Part shown: one piece after another, positions 61,442 to 64,000 of the stretch
How the letters are laid out: each line of letters starts with the position of its first letter
Position numbering within the stretch: the first letter of the stretch is position 1
NCBI GenBank assembly: GCA_002633005.1
Contig: NMRA01000537.1
Location: 206,965-270,964 of the forward strand
Length of the DNA stretch: 64,000 bases
Direction of reading: 5' to 3'
Origin: Phoronis australis
Taxonomy: Eukaryota > Animalia > Phoronida
Position numbers and translations under genes: made by a program
The notes under the pieces: model-generated
Databases searched by the model: none
The model's input: the letters and a program-made list of their open reading frames with translations, nothing else
What the model was told of the DNA's origin: nothing

Positions 61442-64000
61442 CCTAACCTTCTTCAGCTTTGCAAAACAAATGATTGGCGCAAAAATTCATGAAAGCATCA
61501 TGCTCAAACAAGTGAACTATAATTGTTTATTTATAAATTACCATATAAGCAGAAAGGAAGATTAAGACACCTAAGAATTTCAACTAGGTGAACAAACCTA
61601 GCGAGCTTGCATACATTTTCAAGTTTAGTCTACATGCCACCTGTTGGCCACATCACGATACCAGGCCAGTTTAAGATTTACCTACTCATAAACCTAGCAA
61701 AAACGAATAACTTTGTGGAACTAATCCTGGCAAAGTCGATGGACCTAAGAATTATCTAGCGGGTGCCCCAATGCGAAAATCTTTCCAATCAAACCTTGCT
61801 TGAATAAACACTCGTATTATTTCCCTGCCAACATTTTCGCATGTGAACAACGTTATAAAAAGGACCAAGTCTGAAATTCCAGCTTTCCAGTGAAAGCAGT
61901 GCGTCTGAAGTTAATTCAAGGTCAAAATGAACAAATGACCCAAGCTACCCAGTACTCAGGACAATTTTAATGCCAGGCAACACTTAATAAAGACAGGTGG
62001 TAAAGTGCATGCCAAAACCCACCCAGTTAGGGTAATTCAGCACACAACCAGGCCTCAGCAATAGTACGTCTCTGGCATCTGGGCTGACGATGTTGGCCAA
62101 TTGTAGTATGAAATATTTAGGTAATAAATTACACACAAATGGGGACTTTAGCACAATTGCCCTGCAGTCATTCTCAACCATTTTAATTCAATTTAAAGTC
62201 CTTATGTCAAAGGGTTAATCTAGTTAAAAAACATCAAAATATATACTAAATTAAGACAGAAGTAACATGTAACATGATAAAACGTTTATCTCTTCTGTTA
62301 TCAAAATAAAAGTCTTTTTGAGCACAATTTTGTACCTTGGCCGAGATCAGAAAATCATCGACTATTCCCATCTCTTTATGTGACCGGAGTTCCTAGAGAA
62401 TCAGTTAAGGAATGGTTCCTGAATGACGGCGATGTTGTCCTTGAAAATGTATTGATATCACCATGAGGGTCACAGCATTGTTATTTTGTTTGCTTTTGAT
62501 TCTCATTTTGGTTCTTTTAAACAAATTTTAATTATTTATTGTCCAAATTTTATCTGTTCTATGAATACGATGAGTGGTATTTAATGCAATCATAACTTTT
62601 GAATATGTCGCACCTCCCACAGCCAAAAACTACATGACTGGGACCGGGTGGCAGGTGCCCCAAATCATTGCGAGGTTATGTCAAATTTTAGTAACACCAC
62701 CCGTTCTGGTATAAATTAGGAAAAACCTTTTCTAGATCTGCAAATGTCTTCTTTATTGCCACATCGTGAAACTGATGCAAACTACCAACAATTGCCAAGT
62801 AACCACTGACAGCCAAGACGGCTACTGCGCATTTCGTAAATTGGCAACAAATCGACACCGGCTTTACTGGCCGTTAAAGAAGTAAAGTGGAAAAAACATC
62901 CGCACATAGCGATGTTTGGACAAACAAAAACATTTTTACCTAAAAATAACGCGTTCCTCACCTGAATTGCAATAGCGCGCACCTGTGCGTAATTATTGCT
63001 GTCCGGACACGGGCGCGGAAGTCTCCACGACAGTTGCAATGTCACTTTTCCGGTAAAATAATCACTTGCTAAATTGAGTTCAATTTTCTATCATTAGACA
63101 AAACATATTTTAACATGACAAAAATTTACAATCGATACCTCCGTTGTCTAAAAATAATAAATTCCGCGGTTGAAAGCGCGAACGGGGTGATCGTAGCGAA
63201 CTGTACTCCAAGAGTTGAACGTTGGCAATGGGAAAATACTTTAGTGTTATGAGCATGACACAGTATCTTTTAATCTCGTGGTCACAGAATTTCAGCTACG
63301 ACAAGGCTCACGGAGCTAATTAATGTGTTCCTCCTGACCTGTGGAGCACTGAATGAAAATTCTTCCCTTTACTTTAAACTCATACTAATATTACACTATT
63401 TGGCAACAACAACATGCCAAGTTTTCTTTCTCAACTTATTCCGCCACCAGTATTCTACATGAAATGGACCGTCGCTCATTGTTGGCCTTCCGTCGCCTAA
63501 CAAAATTGCTAGAGACCACACGTATCTTTCGTTTTTCCCTGTCTAAATTACTAATTTTCTCACGTTATTCTAACGATATAGCAATTTTACATAATTATTG
63601 TGATATTGCATTATTGATGCTAGGTTTATATTCTTTACCCAAGTTAATTACTTCTTAAAAAACACTCTAGAGGGCGTTGTTATTCAATGAAACGCACTTC
63701 CAACTTAGCGGCAAAGGCACAGAATCACTCGGCTCCAGTGTGTGACAAGTGAGGATTTATATGAATTTTGCACCTACGTGCCACGACAGGACTAACTTGA
63801 CGCCTTCGTTTTAACACGTTCCAAGCATCTAAAGGGTTAAAAACGTGTGCTACTAGGCCTTTATACATAATTAATTAATTTAAAAAACATCACTATGAAA
63901 ACATCAGAGCGGAATCAACAAACTCTCAACATGTTATTCATTATAAACAAAAGCTAAACCATCTGAGCCTCCAAAAATGGCATTGGCTAAGGCCACAAGA

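Overview
Eukaryotic, intron-rich, AT-rich genomic DNA, most likely from a heterozygous invertebrate draft assembly. I assembled three genes by hand from GT-AG junctions with consistent phases. (1) The first coding exon of a betaine-homocysteine S-methyltransferase-like gene on the minus strand (2578-2687), followed by a decayed Penelope-like retroelement (RT + C-terminal GIY-YIG) and a tRNA-like segment. (2) A 16-exon, ~724-aa divergent STAT transcription factor on the plus strand (14745-39079; first coding exon duplicated at 12720-12859). (3) Twelve exons of a procollagen galactosyltransferase (COLGALT/GT25, ending in HDEL) on the minus strand (43818-56479; first exon not found). Most interesting: the STAT has an apparently much-shortened coiled-coil region, non-canonical DNA-contact residues, an insertion in the SH2 phosphate-binding loop and a triplicated splice acceptor before the SH2 exon; a tight GAS + kappaB motif cluster lies upstream of it (7378-7699). 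Introns hold a ~3 kb CATG-ended element that looks recently active (self-nested, filled/empty alleles) and hAT-like MITEs with 5- and 6-bp target duplications. Near-identical duplications joined at a single N are probably haplotype assembly artefacts. All homology calls come from recognised motifs, not database searches.
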